Part shown: piece by piece, positions 24,891 to 38,569 of the stretch
How positions within the stretch are numbered: the first letter of the stretch is position 1
How the letters are laid out: every line of letters begins with the position of its first letter
Assembly (NCBI RefSeq): GCF_009834535.1
Contig: NC_045697.1
Span: 96,474,001-96,538,000 of the forward strand
Reading direction: 5' to 3'
Source: Camelus ferus
Taxonomy: Eukaryota
Length of the DNA: 64,000 nt
Notes under the pieces: model-generated
The model's input: only the letters and a program-made list of their open reading frames with translations
The model's database searches: none
What the model was told of the DNA's origin: nothing
Position numbers and translations under genes: made by a program

Positions 24891-25807
24891 GCCCCTAAGT
24901 TCCAGTTGATGTTTGCCCAGCCTTATATGCAGAATCATTAAGAACAAAAATAAGTATTGAAACTCTAGAGAGTAAGCTTGTTCTTCTGAAGTATAATGTT
25001 AGACATTTTTTCCTGTCAGGCTATAGTAAGGCCCACCTAGAAAATCAGCGATGATATTTGCAAACAAGAGGAACTATTAACCATTAATGACGTTAAAAGG
25101 AAAGGGTATTAAAGATGGAGGTTTTTCACATACAGCAGAAAAACCATCAACAATGTATGGATGGTTTGACAAGCAGCCAAATGTCCACAGCAGTTATTAG
25201 CTAAAAAATCATAATCTACTAATTGCCTAGATTTGTCCATGTGTACCTGTCAATCAAATCTTATAGACAGACACCTCTATAGGAACATCAACAATCTTAG
25301 ATAACCAATCTTAGCAATCATACAAACGAGTTACATACAAATAGTGCTCAGCTATTAAGAATAAAAGTAACATAATACTCATTTTGTGACTCATCAGTTG
25401 AATAACTTGACACATGAGCGTAACTTATGCAGATTAGAAAATGATGCTTCATTACCAATTCAAAAACATATAATTTTAATAGAATTCTTCAGATATTGTT
25501 AGTGAAGTAATCAACGACTATTGGAATTAAATTGGTATCCTGAATGGTCTAGCCTTCCATAACATTTTTAATACATGATTTAAGATATGTGATGTATAAG
25601 ACTAGTCTCACTTAGTAAAGTCATATAAAGACATATAGGGTGCACTGAAGTACATGTGTTGATTTTAAAGGGTTGTAAGCCATCACCTTTATAAGAAAAA
25701 TTTAATTAAGAAATAAGGTAGTGGGTAGTGATATGACCATAACAATATCAATGTATTTGCTATCCCCATCGTTAAGGTTTCTTGATGACTTTTTAAAAAT
25801 TAGGTAT

Positions 25808-26826
25808 TTATTTTATTGAAGTATTGTTGATTTACAGTATTGTATTAGTTTCAAGTGTACATCATAGTGATTTAGTTTTTCTTTACAGTTTATACTTAAA
25901 AGTTATTATAATAGCTATAATACCCTGTGCTAAAGACTATATTCTTCTTGCTTATCTAATTTATACAGAGTAGTTTGTACCTCTTCATCCCCTACCCCTA
26001 ACTTGCCCCACCCACTTTCCCACTCCCCTGTGGTAACCAATAGTTTGTTTTCTCTATGATTCTGTTTCTGTTTTGTATATACATTTGTTTATATTATGTT
26101 TTAGATTCACACATAGTGATACCATACAGTATTTGTCTTTTTCTGTCTGACTTATTTCACTAAGCATACACAATATTCCCTAGGTACATCTATGTTGTTG
26201 CAAATGGCAGAATTTCATTCTTTTTATGTCTGAGTAACATTTCATTGTGTGTATATTGTATATATGTATGCCATATCTTGGCAGTTGTAAATAGTGCTTC
26301 TGTGAACATTGAGGTGCATGTATCTTTTTGAATTAAGTTTTTTTTTTTTTCCAGATAAACACCCAGGAGTGGAATTGTTGGATCATGTGGTAGTTCTAGT
26401 TTTAGTTTTTTGAGAAACCTCCATACTGTTTTCCATGGTGGCTGCATGAATTTACATTCCCACCAACAGTGCACAGGGTTTCCTTTTCTCTACATACTCT
26501 CCAACATTTGTTATTTGTCAGCTTTTTGATGACAGCCATTCTGACAGGTGTAAGGTGCTATTTCATTGTTGTGATTTGCATTTCTCTAATAATTAGTGAT
26601 GCTGAGCATCTTTTCATGTGCCTGTCAGCCATCTGTATGTCTTCTTTGGAAAAATGTCTATGCAGGTCTTCTGCCTATTTTTTGATTGGGTTGTCTATTT
26701 CTTTGATATTTAGTTGTATGAGTGGTTCATATATTTTGGATATTAACCCCTTACTGGACATATCATTTGCAAATAGTTTCTCCCATTCTGTATGTTGTCT
26801 TTTCATTTTGTCAGTGGTTTCCTTTC
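25808..26826 (-). mobile_element. 5'-truncated L1 (ORF2 C-terminus plus 3' UTR)
   Basis: ORF 26190-26474 HCWWECK...[28 protein letters not shown] is the L1 ORF2 Cys-rich C-terminus; T-rich tail at the left. Confidence 0.95.
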
Positions 26827-27231
26827 ATATCAAATTTTCATTTCAAAATGATGTGTTAGAAAGAAGGTCCAATTTTAAAATGACTTATCTGAAGTCTCAG
26901 ATAAGTGAGTATCATCATTTGTGTAATACAAATAAAATCCATTTCATTGAATTAGCAAGATGTAGACAATGCTGGGACATTGCGGCTCCATTTTAGGCCA
27001 ATCAGGAGATTGATCTGTGTGATTTTTAAAGAAAAAAATCAATTACATAATCTTCGATTCTTACTGGTTAACTTCAGAAGCTTCTCAAAAGCTTATTAGT
27101 GGCACAGCTGTTGGATATGATTACAATGAGTATCTCATGATTAAAATGCCCAATATGAGAGGAAAACTTTGAAAACAAAACCTGAGATTTACCTAAATAT
27201 TTGAATATCTAATTATTATAGCTATGGTTTA

Positions 27232-27316
27232 ATATGTATATGCAATATACATATATAACAATTATATATATATATATATAAAAATATATATAACAATATA
27301 TATATACATATATAAC
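27232..27316. repeat. Imperfect (TA)n / (TATATAACAA)n low-complexity repeat
   Basis: Directly visible; three 'atatataacaat' units. Confidence 0.8.
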
Positions 27317-27374
27317 AATTGAATACACATAGTTATAAAAAATCAGGAATAAAAATCTTTCACTATAACTACAG

Positions 27375-28170
27375 TATGGTGACATCATAATAAAAATAAA
27401 CATAGTTATGTATTTAAGAGAAAACATTTTTCCCAGTTCCTAGTACAGGGTTATTAAAACTTCTGGAATTTCCTGAATGACAGGTCTTTTGTTATTCATT
27501 ACAAGCTCCTTTCAACCATATCTGAGTTTATGCTAGTGAGGTGACAGGGTAACCCTTGGAGGATGGGAGCTGAATGTCAGAAAAGCCAAGGAATGATTAG
27601 AGGGTTAGAACTTTCAGACCCACTCCCAACCTGTGGGAAAGAAGGGACTCTGGAGGTTGATTTAATCACCAGCAGCCAATGATTTCATCAATCATTCCTA
27701 CCTAATGAAGCCTCCACAAAACTCCTAAATGATGGGGTTTGGAGAGCTTTTGAGTTGCTGAACACATCGAAGTTCTGGGAAGGTGGTGAGCCCAGAGAGC
27801 ACATGGAAGCTCTGCACCCTTTCCCCATAATTTAACTCCATGTGTCTCGTCCATGTGGCTGGTCCCAATTTGTATTCTTTGTAATAAACCGTTATAGTGA
27901 ATTGTTTCCCTGAATTCTGTGAGCTGTTATAGCAAATTATTAACCTTGAGGAGAGAGTCTTGGGAATCCTCGATTTGTAGCCAAGTTACACAGAATGTAG
28001 GTAACCCTAGGACCCACTAATTGTGGTTGGAGTCTAAAGTAAAGGGTAGTCATGTGGCATTGAGCCCTTAACCTATGAGGTCTGCACTAACTCAAGGTAG
28101 TTAGTATCAAAATTGCTTAATATGAGGAGAAAAACCACACACTTAGTGTCAGAATTGTTGTGAGTAGTAA
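27375..28170 (+). mobile_element. MER21-like ERV LTR
   Basis: 'gattagagggttagaactttcag...ccaatgatttcatcaatcattcctacctaatgaagcctccacaaaactcctaa'; similar to the second copy at 39995-40150; AATAAA at ~27883. Confidence 0.85.
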
Positions 28171-30971
28171 AGAAATACTAAGCCATCATAGAACTTCAAA
28201 AAATTAAGTAGTTTTTCAATTAAAAACTTTGTGAATGTTCTTTTCCCTTTGATCTACCATTCAAAGTTGGCTTACATTCAGACTAAAATACCATCTGTCT
28301 CATAGATCAAGACATCTTAATACCTTGACAGGACAATCTTAAGGGAAGCTCAATCACTGTTGTCCATAATTACTTCTCTTAAAACTACCTGATCTCTTAT
28401 GACATGATGAGGTATGTAAAGAAAATATTATTTTAGTAAGATGAATACCGGTGAGTTAAAAGTGGTGACTTTAAAATTGTATTCAGAATTACTTAACATA
28501 ATGATTTGTTAACTTCATTTTTTTCAGAACTTTGTGTATATAAGCATGACTATTACCAGATTCTGATATTTTGCATGTGAAGATTGTTAGTTATCCAAGG
28601 TCATACTCAAATATCTTCCATCTGTCTTACCACGGATGACATTTTCTGCAGTGAACAGGCATTTGTAGGTGTTGATTTATACATCTCAAATTCTCTTAAT
28701 TTACATCCAATTCAAATTTAACCCGACAAACATCTTTTAACATTACAATACATATCTAATATTATCTTAGACACGGCTAGGTCAGTTCATGGGTGAAATA
28801 GATGGTGGCTTAACCATGTGATTTACTGGCAATAGTAAACTGGTCTTAAAACAAAAAACCACAGAGATCTCTCAACATCTTTTAAGGCAGGTAAGACACA
28901 TTATTCAATAAGTGAATCAGTTTGCATTTATTAAATTCCTAACATGAAAATATGAACAAGCACAATTTTGGAAACTGCAGGAGAATGTAAGCATACAAAA
29001 TGCTTCCACTGTCATTGTCATTATAGTGTAATCATGGAGACAGAAACACTAAACATAAAATAGAGAATCGTATGACAGTGCCTAATTACATCCTAGAATA
29101 GTCTAAAATGAGCTTCATTTTTTAAAGGAACTGTCTTCGATAGGTCTGTTAAAATGTAAAAAGATAGGAAATTTTCAACTAAGTAGCTAAACAGTTATCA
29201 CTGCTGCTTTAACACTGTGAAGTTATTAAACAGGCAAACGTGTAAATATTGCATCGAAATCTGTTTCGTCTTTGTTTAGGAGGGATAATTTCTCTAAACC
29301 TGAGTAAGAATGAGGACACGTACTTACGACAGATTCTATCTGTCCAATAACAATTAAAAATTGGAGTAATTTGAGCATATAACTTTGCATTCAATAAAAA
29401 AAAATGTTCTGGAGAAATATCCTACTGAGTCCCAATCTGCTGAACTGTGCTGTGATGGTTGAAAATAGAGCTTGCGATAAAAGTCTCCAAGCAAAATTCA
29501 GCACTTGGGAAAAGCAAAGAGATAGGACACTTTGTTTCTAGTACAGAAGGAGGGTTAAAGTGACAGGGCCCATACAGTTCAGCAACACACAAATGTTAGT
29601 ACATTCCAGTCCTTAAAAGGTTCCAGAAAGTTGTCTATGTATCAAAGAAAAAGCACCTACCCAGTAGAGTCAGCTGCTGTATCTGGTAATAGAAAATTGC
29701 TGACATACCAGCAACACTACCATCAAAAGATGAAGGTAAATCGCTTCTATATTCCTCGTGTTGGCAACTCTGGAAAAAAAAAAAAAAAGCGGGGGCACAA
29801 AGCTTGCTTTCATATTCAAGACATTGTGCTAACACTTTTATGTATACACTTTAAAACAGAATGAAGATGCAATCTATCAGTTGTATTATGGAAACTGCAT
29901 TCACTTTTCTGTAGTGATCAGTTTATTTCTATTGTTTAAAAAAAAATCTTTGTGGTGTACTGGAATTAGGTAGTCAAGGTTAGAAGAGAATGTTTAATGA
30001 AGTGAAATCTCAGTTGATTAAAGGAAGAGCCAGAAAGAAGATAAGTAGTGATGCCTTTAAAATTGTTTACTTAAAAAAGATAGAAAGGAAAACCTTACCC
30101 TCTTCCCCCTGCCTTTCTTTGTCTCTGTCTCTCTCTCACTGTTTTTTCCTCCCTCAGCCGTGGCACTAAGTACATGTCTCCCATCTACCTTTCCCTGTCC
30201 AAAGCTTGGAAAAAGTAAAAATCACACACTTGAATTGCAGAAAGAGAAATTTAAAATAACTAAAACTAAAATAAAGACATTTTGGGCAGTAACAGTAATT
30301 GATATTAAAATAGATGGCTCTTTGAGGTTGTATCATGTCTTTCCCTTCAGAGAAATAGAAGTAAAGAATGAAATTCTGATTCCTCCTACAATTTAGATAT
30401 AATACTGACAGAAAACTGAGGAAGGAATAGGAAACTTCTTGAGGTCTTGTCGCCTCAATTTTTAAAATTATCTGCATGGCAATCAATGGTAAAATAGGAG
30501 CCAGAAGTATGTAAATAGATTGCTTAAATTAAATAGCTGGACATATCTGAAGTGGGATTAAAAAAAAGTGAACTTTTTATTATCTTCTTATAAGTGTTCT
30601 ATGACACTCAGTAGTTTGAAATAATACTCTGTTGGTAAAGGTTTTCATAACTCTACGCAAAGTGGAAATACGTGAAATAAGAAGGTTGCTATCTTAATAG
30701 TAATTAATATGTAGCTTAAAAAGGACACCTATAGATATGTTCTTACAACTGGCATTGAAATTAAGAAGCAATTTTATCTTCCAAGGCATTTTCAGCCCTT
30801 GACTATAAGGCATATCTTAACATATTTATTGTGTGTAGATTTCTTCAGTGTGTCCACAATTCCTATATATACCTGCTAGAGAATACATAGTCACTCAACA
30901 AACAACTCTTCAAAGAATGATGTGATGCAATATTTACAACAAACTCTATGGGTCTTCATTACTGAATATAT

Positions 30972-31517
30972 TGTCAGAGAGAAGGTTACTGTCCTGTCGC
31001 AGAAAGAATCCAGAAACAAGACACGGAGGTCAAGAAAGCAAAGCAAGGATTTATTTAGGGACAGATATTATGCTCTCCAGGGAAGAGCGGGCAGACCTAG
31101 GTGGGTAACTTCCCCTAGTTTCTTTGGCAAGCTGCTTATATGGGTGTAAAAATGAGTGGGCAGAATATTCAGTGTCCGGGAGGTGTTTGGGGTTATCTTT
31201 CCTGATCTTCAGCCCAGCTCCATCTTCCCTGGGGGGATGGGGTTTGTCTTTATTTAGTCTTGATCAGAAAGTCACTTGAAGTCATGATGAGCTAAAGGTT
31301 ACATTTGGGTGGTGGGGATTCCTTCTTGTCCCATCTTTCTTTTTTTGCCTCCAGGACATTTGTCAACCCAGAATATATGGTCTCTTATCCGTCTGGAGGT
31401 TCCTGCTTTTCTTGGTCTGTCCAAGGACCCTTGTTGTTCATAAGATGTATGGTTTTCTGCCATTTGGCCCATCTCCCCCTTTCCCGGCTCATATCTAGCT
31501 ACCAGCCTGCTCTAACA
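30972..31517 (-). mobile_element. Relatively young ERV1-type solo LTR
   Basis: Inverted termini tgtcagag...ctctaaca, 4-bp flanks atat/atgt, minus-strand AATAAA near 31050, retained CpGs. Confidence 0.8.
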
Positions 31518-32149
31518 ATGTCCACCCAAACCAAATGTGGATGAAGAAAATACTATTAATCAAGCACTAATAAAATATGATAATATACAAATTAGTTTCT
31601 CCAGCTAGTGTAATTCTTGTCAACTCAAATACATAGAGTGGATATGAAGGAGCCGGGCTAAGTGTGTGATTGGTAGGAACAGGGGACTTGACAGAAAAAG
31701 CAACAATAACCTGATGAGTTCATTGAATTTGCTCTTGAAACAGAAAGAACAAAGGAAAATCAACATATCTTTGTTTAACATATAGAACTTGGTACCAGGC
31801 TGTATTTGCGTTTCTTATCTGTTTTCTTCACCAGCAGTGTAACACCGCCCATATTACACATAGAAAAAGAAAAGTGCAGTAATGAATAAAGCCTCTCCAT
31901 AGTCACTGGGGCACAGCAGCATGGCAGTCAGTGGCAACGGAGAGCAAACGTATTCAGTGGTTATAAGAACTGTATATGATTTTCAGTGTTGACACTCCAA
32001 AAAGTAAATATAAAAAAGGATTTCTCAGTGATACAGCAAGACAATATGCCCTAATAGTCTGAACCTATGGTGAATTACATAATTTGTAGAAATGTATGCC
32101 ATACTATATCATGCTTGTGTGTGTTTATGTTTTTATATAGTATTTGCAT

Positions 32150-33745
32150 GTGTTGTGAAATTATTAATATTTGCTTAATTTTAGTGGTTCATCTGTAGGT
32201 CCTTTGGAGTTTTCTAGGTGTATCATGATGTGGCTACAAATTCCTTTTTTATACATTTTGTTGTTGTTAATATTATTTTACTTATTGCAATGGGCTAGGT
32301 CTCTGTCAAAAGCTGTGCAGAAATGATGGCAGGTTTTCTTTCAGAAAAAAACCTATTTCAGTATTTTCCAATCAAGTATGATACCTTGATATGATTTATA
32401 GATATTTTTATAGGAGAAAAACTTAAAAAATTAGATTTCCACTTGCGTTCCATTTCTTAAGAAGTGTGAGGTTCTTTCAACATGAATTGACATTGAATTG
32501 TACTCACTGCTTTTCTCTTTGTATATTGCAGTAAACATATTTTTTTCCTTCCTTCATTAAAGTGAATTACATTATTATGCTAATTTTGTATTTCTTCAAT
32601 AAACCTACATAGTTTGTATTTTTATTTTTATATATTGCTTCAATGTGTTTGCAAATATGTTGGAGAATTTCTGCATCTGTGTTACTGAGTGATATTCTGT
32701 AGGCTTTGTTTCTTACAGTATCATGTGTGTTTGCACACACACACATACATGCACATATGTAGGCACATATGATCATATAACTGTTTCGACTTTTTTCTTG
32801 TGGCAGTTTTGATAAATGTTTCTCCTGGATTATTAGGACTCTTTCACCTGAAGAACACTCTTTAGATTTCCTTTAGTCCTAGTATGTAGTTAACTAATAG
32901 GCTTTCTTTTTTTTCCTGAATAGTATTTATCTCACTGTTATTTTGAAGGCTATTCTTATTGGGTATAGACTTGTAGGTTGGCAGTTTTTTTTTTCCCAGC
33001 AATCTGAAACTATCATTTCCTTCTTTTTTGTTCTTCATTGCTTGCTGCTGTTGTCAGCTCTCAGTGTGTCTTGTTGCTCATTTAAAAATAGTGGTATTTT
33101 TTTTTCTAAGATGGCTTACAGCACTCTGTTACTGGTTTTCAACAATGATACCATGATATGTTTACATGTGGCTTTCTTTTATTTTTCCTGCTCTTGAATC
33201 TGTGGTTTAGTGCCTTTCATTAGTTTTAGGGAAAAAAAATCAACTGTTATCTCTTTAGATATTACTTCTCTGCTGGCAATCCATATATATAACTTTTTTA
33301 TTATCTGCCATATGTCTTTTAATATCTTTTGTTGCATTATACCTTTTTTTCTTTCCTACTTCAATCTGTGTATTTTCTTCTGACACATCTCTCAGTCTAC
33401 TAAATATTTTATCATTTCTTTTTTGTTTTCAAAAATAACTACTGAGTTTCATAATTTAGCTACTGTATTTTCAGTTCTAGATTTTCCACACAGTTCTTTT
33501 TAAAGTTTCTAGTTCTTTGGAAATTTTCCTAGTCTCACCTTCTATTTCACTGATTATTAAGCATTGTTACTCTAATGTTCATAGTCATTAAGTCTCTTAT
33601 GTGGTCTCCTGTGAGTCTGTTTCTTTTGATTGTTTAATCTCTATTTTTAATCAGGTCTTCTATGCTTGAGTATTTTTATTAATTTATGGAAATTGTGTGT
33701 AAACAATATTGAAGGTATTTTTAGGTTCTGGAATGATGTACTTCC
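32150..33745 (-). mobile_element. Old L1M fragments (ORF1/ORF2 region), highly diverged
   Basis: T-rich antisense L1 phrases ('ttggagaatttctgcatctgtgtt', 'ttttgaaggctattcttattgggtatagacttgtaggttggcag', 'ctactgtattttcagttctagattttcca'). Confidence 0.7.
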
Positions 33746-34149
33746 CAACATTGTAAAGTAACAATAAATCTAAAAGAATAGAATATTTTCCTTAAATTCA
33801 GATAATCTGATGAGCAAGTATGAACTTAGTAGGTTACATATGATTACTTGAACCAGAAATAACACGATAAGTGAAGAATCAAACATGATGTGGGGAAGGA
33901 CTCATTGGAATGATAATGGCTTTTATACTGTATGAGTCAGAGCTGTAGAAAGGTGTTGAGTAGAATGCTGATAAAGTTGACTTAAGTTTTAACAGGATTA
34001 CGCTGGCTGCTGAGGGAGAATAGATTTTAGGTGAGTTAGGGCAGAAGGAAGAAAACAGACGTGTTTTAATAATACACTTGGGAGATAATAATTGATTTGG
34101 ATATGGAGGTACTAGAGCTGGTGAAAAGTAGCCAGATACCTGCATCTTT

Positions 34150-34645
34150 TGTAGCATAGCAGGATTTGCCACCTCAAATATGCCACTTTCCAATAAAGAA
34201 TAATTTTCAGCTGAAGGTAACTGAGAAGCAGATATAAGAATAGCTTTCTACCCTCTCCCTCTTTTCCTAAAAGCAGGACATACATTTACAAAGGTGCCCC
34301 TTCTCTTTTCTCCATAAAAAAGGGCCAAAGTTAATCACCAGAGACAACTTTAGACCCTTATCAACCCAAAGATGGCACCAGAGGAACCTAGGTAGCAAAC
34401 TTCACTAACTAGCCTTTATCTACTATTAGCTTCCCCTGACGTATTTACCTTCTTAGCCTGAAGACCTTGGAAGTCTTAAACTATTTCTTTACAAATGTGT
34501 TTTTTTGATGTTGTTAAGGATTCTTTATAAGCCTGAGTTCTAAGCCACCTCTTATGTTACTCATCCCTGAGTTTCTTCCGTGTATATAACACACCCCCAG
34601 CCAAGAACCTAAGATGGGTAGAGAAAACATTTGTTCTCCCCAACA
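34150..34645 (+). mobile_element. ERV1 solo LTR, MER34A-like
   Basis: TG...CA ends, exact 4-bp TSD cttt/cttt, 'gccacctcaaatatgccacttt...aataattttcagctgaagg'. Confidence 0.85.
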
Positions 34646-35014
34646 CTTTTCAGATAGAGAGATGATGTATTGCTGGTTTGGATGTGGAGTATGGGGGGAA
34701 GAAAGAAGGGCTTTAGCATTACTTTAAGTTTTTTGGCCTGGTAAACCGAAGATTGCAGACGACAACACCTAAGATGTGGAAGAATTTTGCAGAAGCAGGT
34801 GGGTAGGTTGGACAAGAGGATTTTTTGGCACCCAATTAAAAATATCTAATAAGAAATTGGTTCTGTATATCTGAAGTTTCAGGGAGATGTACTAGTTAGA
34901 TTATAAATTTGTAAGTTATCAGCATGTGGATGGTATTTAAAACCATTTATGCAACTGGGTATGATCACTGATGAAATAAAAACAAACAGAGAGATAGGAA
35001 GTGGTCAGGGAATG

Positions 35015-35530
35015 TTATTTACAAGTGTGTCCCCAATTCTTAACTCTCCTTCAATTTGTGCCCTTTCCAATGTGACTTCATAGTTCATTCCATTGAGAGG
35101 TGGCACTACTCAAATCCCTTGGAATCCTGGCCATGCTTGTGACATGCTTTGAACAACATGTTGCAATGGAAATGTCAAGCCAGGCCTCTAGACACCTCAC
35201 GTGCTTCTGATTTCTCTTTGTGAAGCTGGGTGAGGGCACATGAACAAGCTTAGGCTAAGCCTGCTGGATGCGAGAGTCTTGTGGCTCAGTCACCTCTAAT
35301 GTCCAGGCCAACGAGCCAATCAGCCTCCAGAAGTGAGTGAGGCTATTCTGACCAACCGCACATCAGACAGCACATCAGCTGCACACATATGTATGAATAA
35401 GCAGTAAAACCCACAGCACCTGTCCCAGATCAGCAGAACTGCTCAGAGGACACATGGATTCCTGAGCAATAATAAATATTGTTTTAAGCCACTGAAGTTT
35501 CAGATAGCTTATTACTCTGGGATAATTATA
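35015..35530 (+). mobile_element. MaLR LTR (MLT1F/H-like)
   Basis: 'ccctttccaatgtgacttcatag...cagatcagcagaactgctcag...aataaatattgttttaagccactgaagttt'. Confidence 0.75.
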
Positions 35531-38500
35531 AGAATCAAGGAAGGAATCCTGAGAGCACTGTAGTTGTTAAGGGATTAGAGAAACGAAAAGGAATCAGAGA
35601 AAACTAAGAGAAGCCAGTGGGGCTGGAAAAAAAGCCCAGGTATTTCTGGTGTCTTTTAACCAGGAAAAAAAGTATTTCCAAAGAAACAGAATTATCAACT
35701 CTGTCAGGTAGTGCTAAGTCAAATAGGATGAGGACTGCAAATTGATCACTGCATTTAGTAACATAGCAGATGTTGTTGGCCTGACTTCAAACATGCTTCC
35801 TTAACCACGCTGACACAATGAGAAAGAGGCAGATATCATGACAGACACTGAAGATTACTATGTGAATTATAAATTGTAAAATTTTTAAATTTTAGATAGT
35901 CTCATTTTAGCTGAGTATATATGTGTTTTCTAGTATAACCAAATATGTAAGTCTAAGATATTAAACACAAACTAAACCTTTAAATTGTTGCTATAGACAG
36001 ATTTTTACTCTTTATTCATACAAAAATAAATAAAACAATAAAATTCAAGCACCCTTTGGCTGTGTAAGCCATCACGTGTGACTTGTACACTCCTTTCATG
36101 AAACCAAAGAACAGTTTCATGCATGAATGGATACCAGCCTGTAAATAAGATTCCAAGAAAAAATGTGATGTGGAAGGAACTTTTTTAGCAGAATATTTTT
36201 AAGGGCATGAAAGCATTTCAGTTATTTTGGCCTATTAGTTATATTAAAGATAGAACTTCACTTTTATATATTAAAATAATTTTCTAGACCAATATAAAGA
36301 ATTATACTAAAATTTGCCATTAAAAGGAAATCATTGGTATTTATTAATAGGCTTTATTTTTTCTAAAAGTGAGATTGGTGGGTTATTTAGGCAGCGGTTT
36401 TTTTTGTTTGTTTGTTTTTTTTAGTGATTTTGCTGAGCCTCACATAAGATTAGTGAATTCTGCATCCTGAGTCAGCTTTATCCCTTTGTTGCCCAGGAGG
36501 CCGAGTTTATCTTCTCTGTTTCCTGTGTTAACTGCCCCACCAACACTGGGATAGAGAACATGATGCTGAGAGTCTCTCGCTCAGTATTTAACGCAGGTTT
36601 GAAGACAGAATACTGAGGCACTGCTTGTAACCTTGGTGCATCCAGACCTAACAATGGTCAGAAAGAAATAATTACAGCCACTTCAAAGTGATTAAAAGCA
36701 GTTCTGTGCAAAGGGGAAGAATCACCCTAATTGTGCTCTAGGGAAGAGCTGTTTCAGAGGGATAGCGATGATTACTTTGAAGTTGAAGAAACCACTCTGG
36801 CCTCTCAGCAGGCCTCCCTAAGTAGAAATATATAAGCTCTCATGGACTCACGGGAGGGAGTAAACTGAATACCTAGTAGAAGCATTGATTTCTTAATCTC
36901 ACGAGGTAAACCTCTGCAGAACAAGATGCAAAAACAAACCATGTGATCTCAACTTAAGTGACCCCACTGCATTAAAACTAAATTAGACCAATGTCGATAA
37001 GCCTTAAGAAATGAATGTCCTTCTAAAGGAAGCAATAGTTTAATTTATAATTCTGCCTAAAGGTTTCTCTGCTAAAAAAATAATCAAATAGAATAGATCT
37101 AGTGTTTTCTGTTTAATTTAAAATAAAATCAAATGAATATGATAACTGACCAGTAGTGATTACATATTTCAAAAGCCCACAGTGACATTTACTTACTCAA
37201 AGCTATAGGAAAACATACAATTTGTCTCCCAATTGTATTCCGGTGCCTGAAAGACAAGTGTAACCCCTGCATTTAACTTACTGCCAAGAAATGAATTAAA
37301 AACTAGGGAGAGGCATTCATGTACACAGATCTGACGCTCAAAATTTCCTTTATTAGTGATAGTTTCCATTGTGACTTGATCTTTGTTATTTAAAAATACA
37401 TACACAAATGCTGCTTTGTTCTCAAGATGTGATAGAAATTACATAAACTAGCAATAACTATACCTGCTATTTAACTATAGTAATAAGACTCAAGACTGGC
37501 CTAGTTCAAGGATTCTCTTTGGTATAAACATCTTATTCAATAATATTTTAAATACTTCTTAAAATATGTTCTTTTTTACTCAGATTATTAAAAATTCATT
37601 GCTGGCATGCTCATTGTATACTATTGTTGATTTTGAAAAAAAAGATAAAATAGAGAATAGAATTACAAGTGTTCGGGACACTGAAAATGTTATATCACTC
37701 TTGTCTGTAAAAGGAAAATTTAGTTTGTTTGCAAATCTTTTTTTTTATTTTATATTTTACAAAGGTAATGGTATCTTAAAATAGAAATGGCTTCTAATTA
37801 AACCTTAAGGTATAAAACCATATTCATAAGTATTACAAATACCTAAATGGATAATTTAAAAGTAGTGTGTAGATGGTTATTTCTTCTTGTTTTAGTTATT
37901 TAGAAACAAATGAGAAGTATCAGTGGAAAAGACTGAAGATATAAACAAATATTTACATGAGCAATTGAGACATGACTGTAGCAATTTATAATCACTTATT
38001 TCATGTTATCCCTTAGTGTACAACATTTTTTGCTTTTTACTACTTGTTTAGAAAGTTAAACAGTACTGCACATGTTAACAACGTTTAAAGATTAAACAAA
38101 AACCTTCTAGTTTATGGAATTCTAAAACACAAGTACAGACTAGTATTAGTTTTCTGCATTCTCTATTGACTATGCTAGATCTCTTAAGTTTATTTCTCAG
38201 CAAGTGCTAACAGAATAATACTATATGGAATGGAATGTTACTTTTTTCCTCCTCAAATTTTTACTCATTGTTGACTGTTACTGGAAGACTACCATATGGT
38301 ATAAAATAAAGATTTCATTTCAGCCTGCTGCAATATGTTGTATTAAAACCATAAGAAAAGGAAACTTGGCTATAAAGGTCATAAAATTGCTAGAATGTAC
38401 CATACAGAAAAAGAAGTTATTACTGTCTAAGTCATCTCGTGAATATAGTGATATTCATTTCAATATGTGTGCTAAATGAAATAGGTTTAAAATATTTTTA

Positions 38501-38569
38501 AAAGATGCTTTTCTTATGCAAAAAATAAATAAGACAAGCAGTATGGCTGGATATTTAAGAGCTCGGGGT

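Larger units (their letters stand above)
33840..35790 (-). mobile_element. L2 LINE, interrupted by two LTRs
   Basis: 'tttaacaggattacgctggctgctg', 'ataaatttgtaagttatcagcatgtggatggtatttaaaacc' and 'aggatgaggactgcaaattgatcactgcatttag' are collinear antisense L2 segments. Confidence 0.75.

Noticed and set aside
26469..26996. 175-aa hydrophobic ORF resembling a membrane protein
   Set aside because: Antisense reading of L1 ORF2; T-rich antisense L1 routinely gives such ORFs.
27209..27427. Y/I-rich ORF
   Set aside because: Translation of a TA microsatellite.
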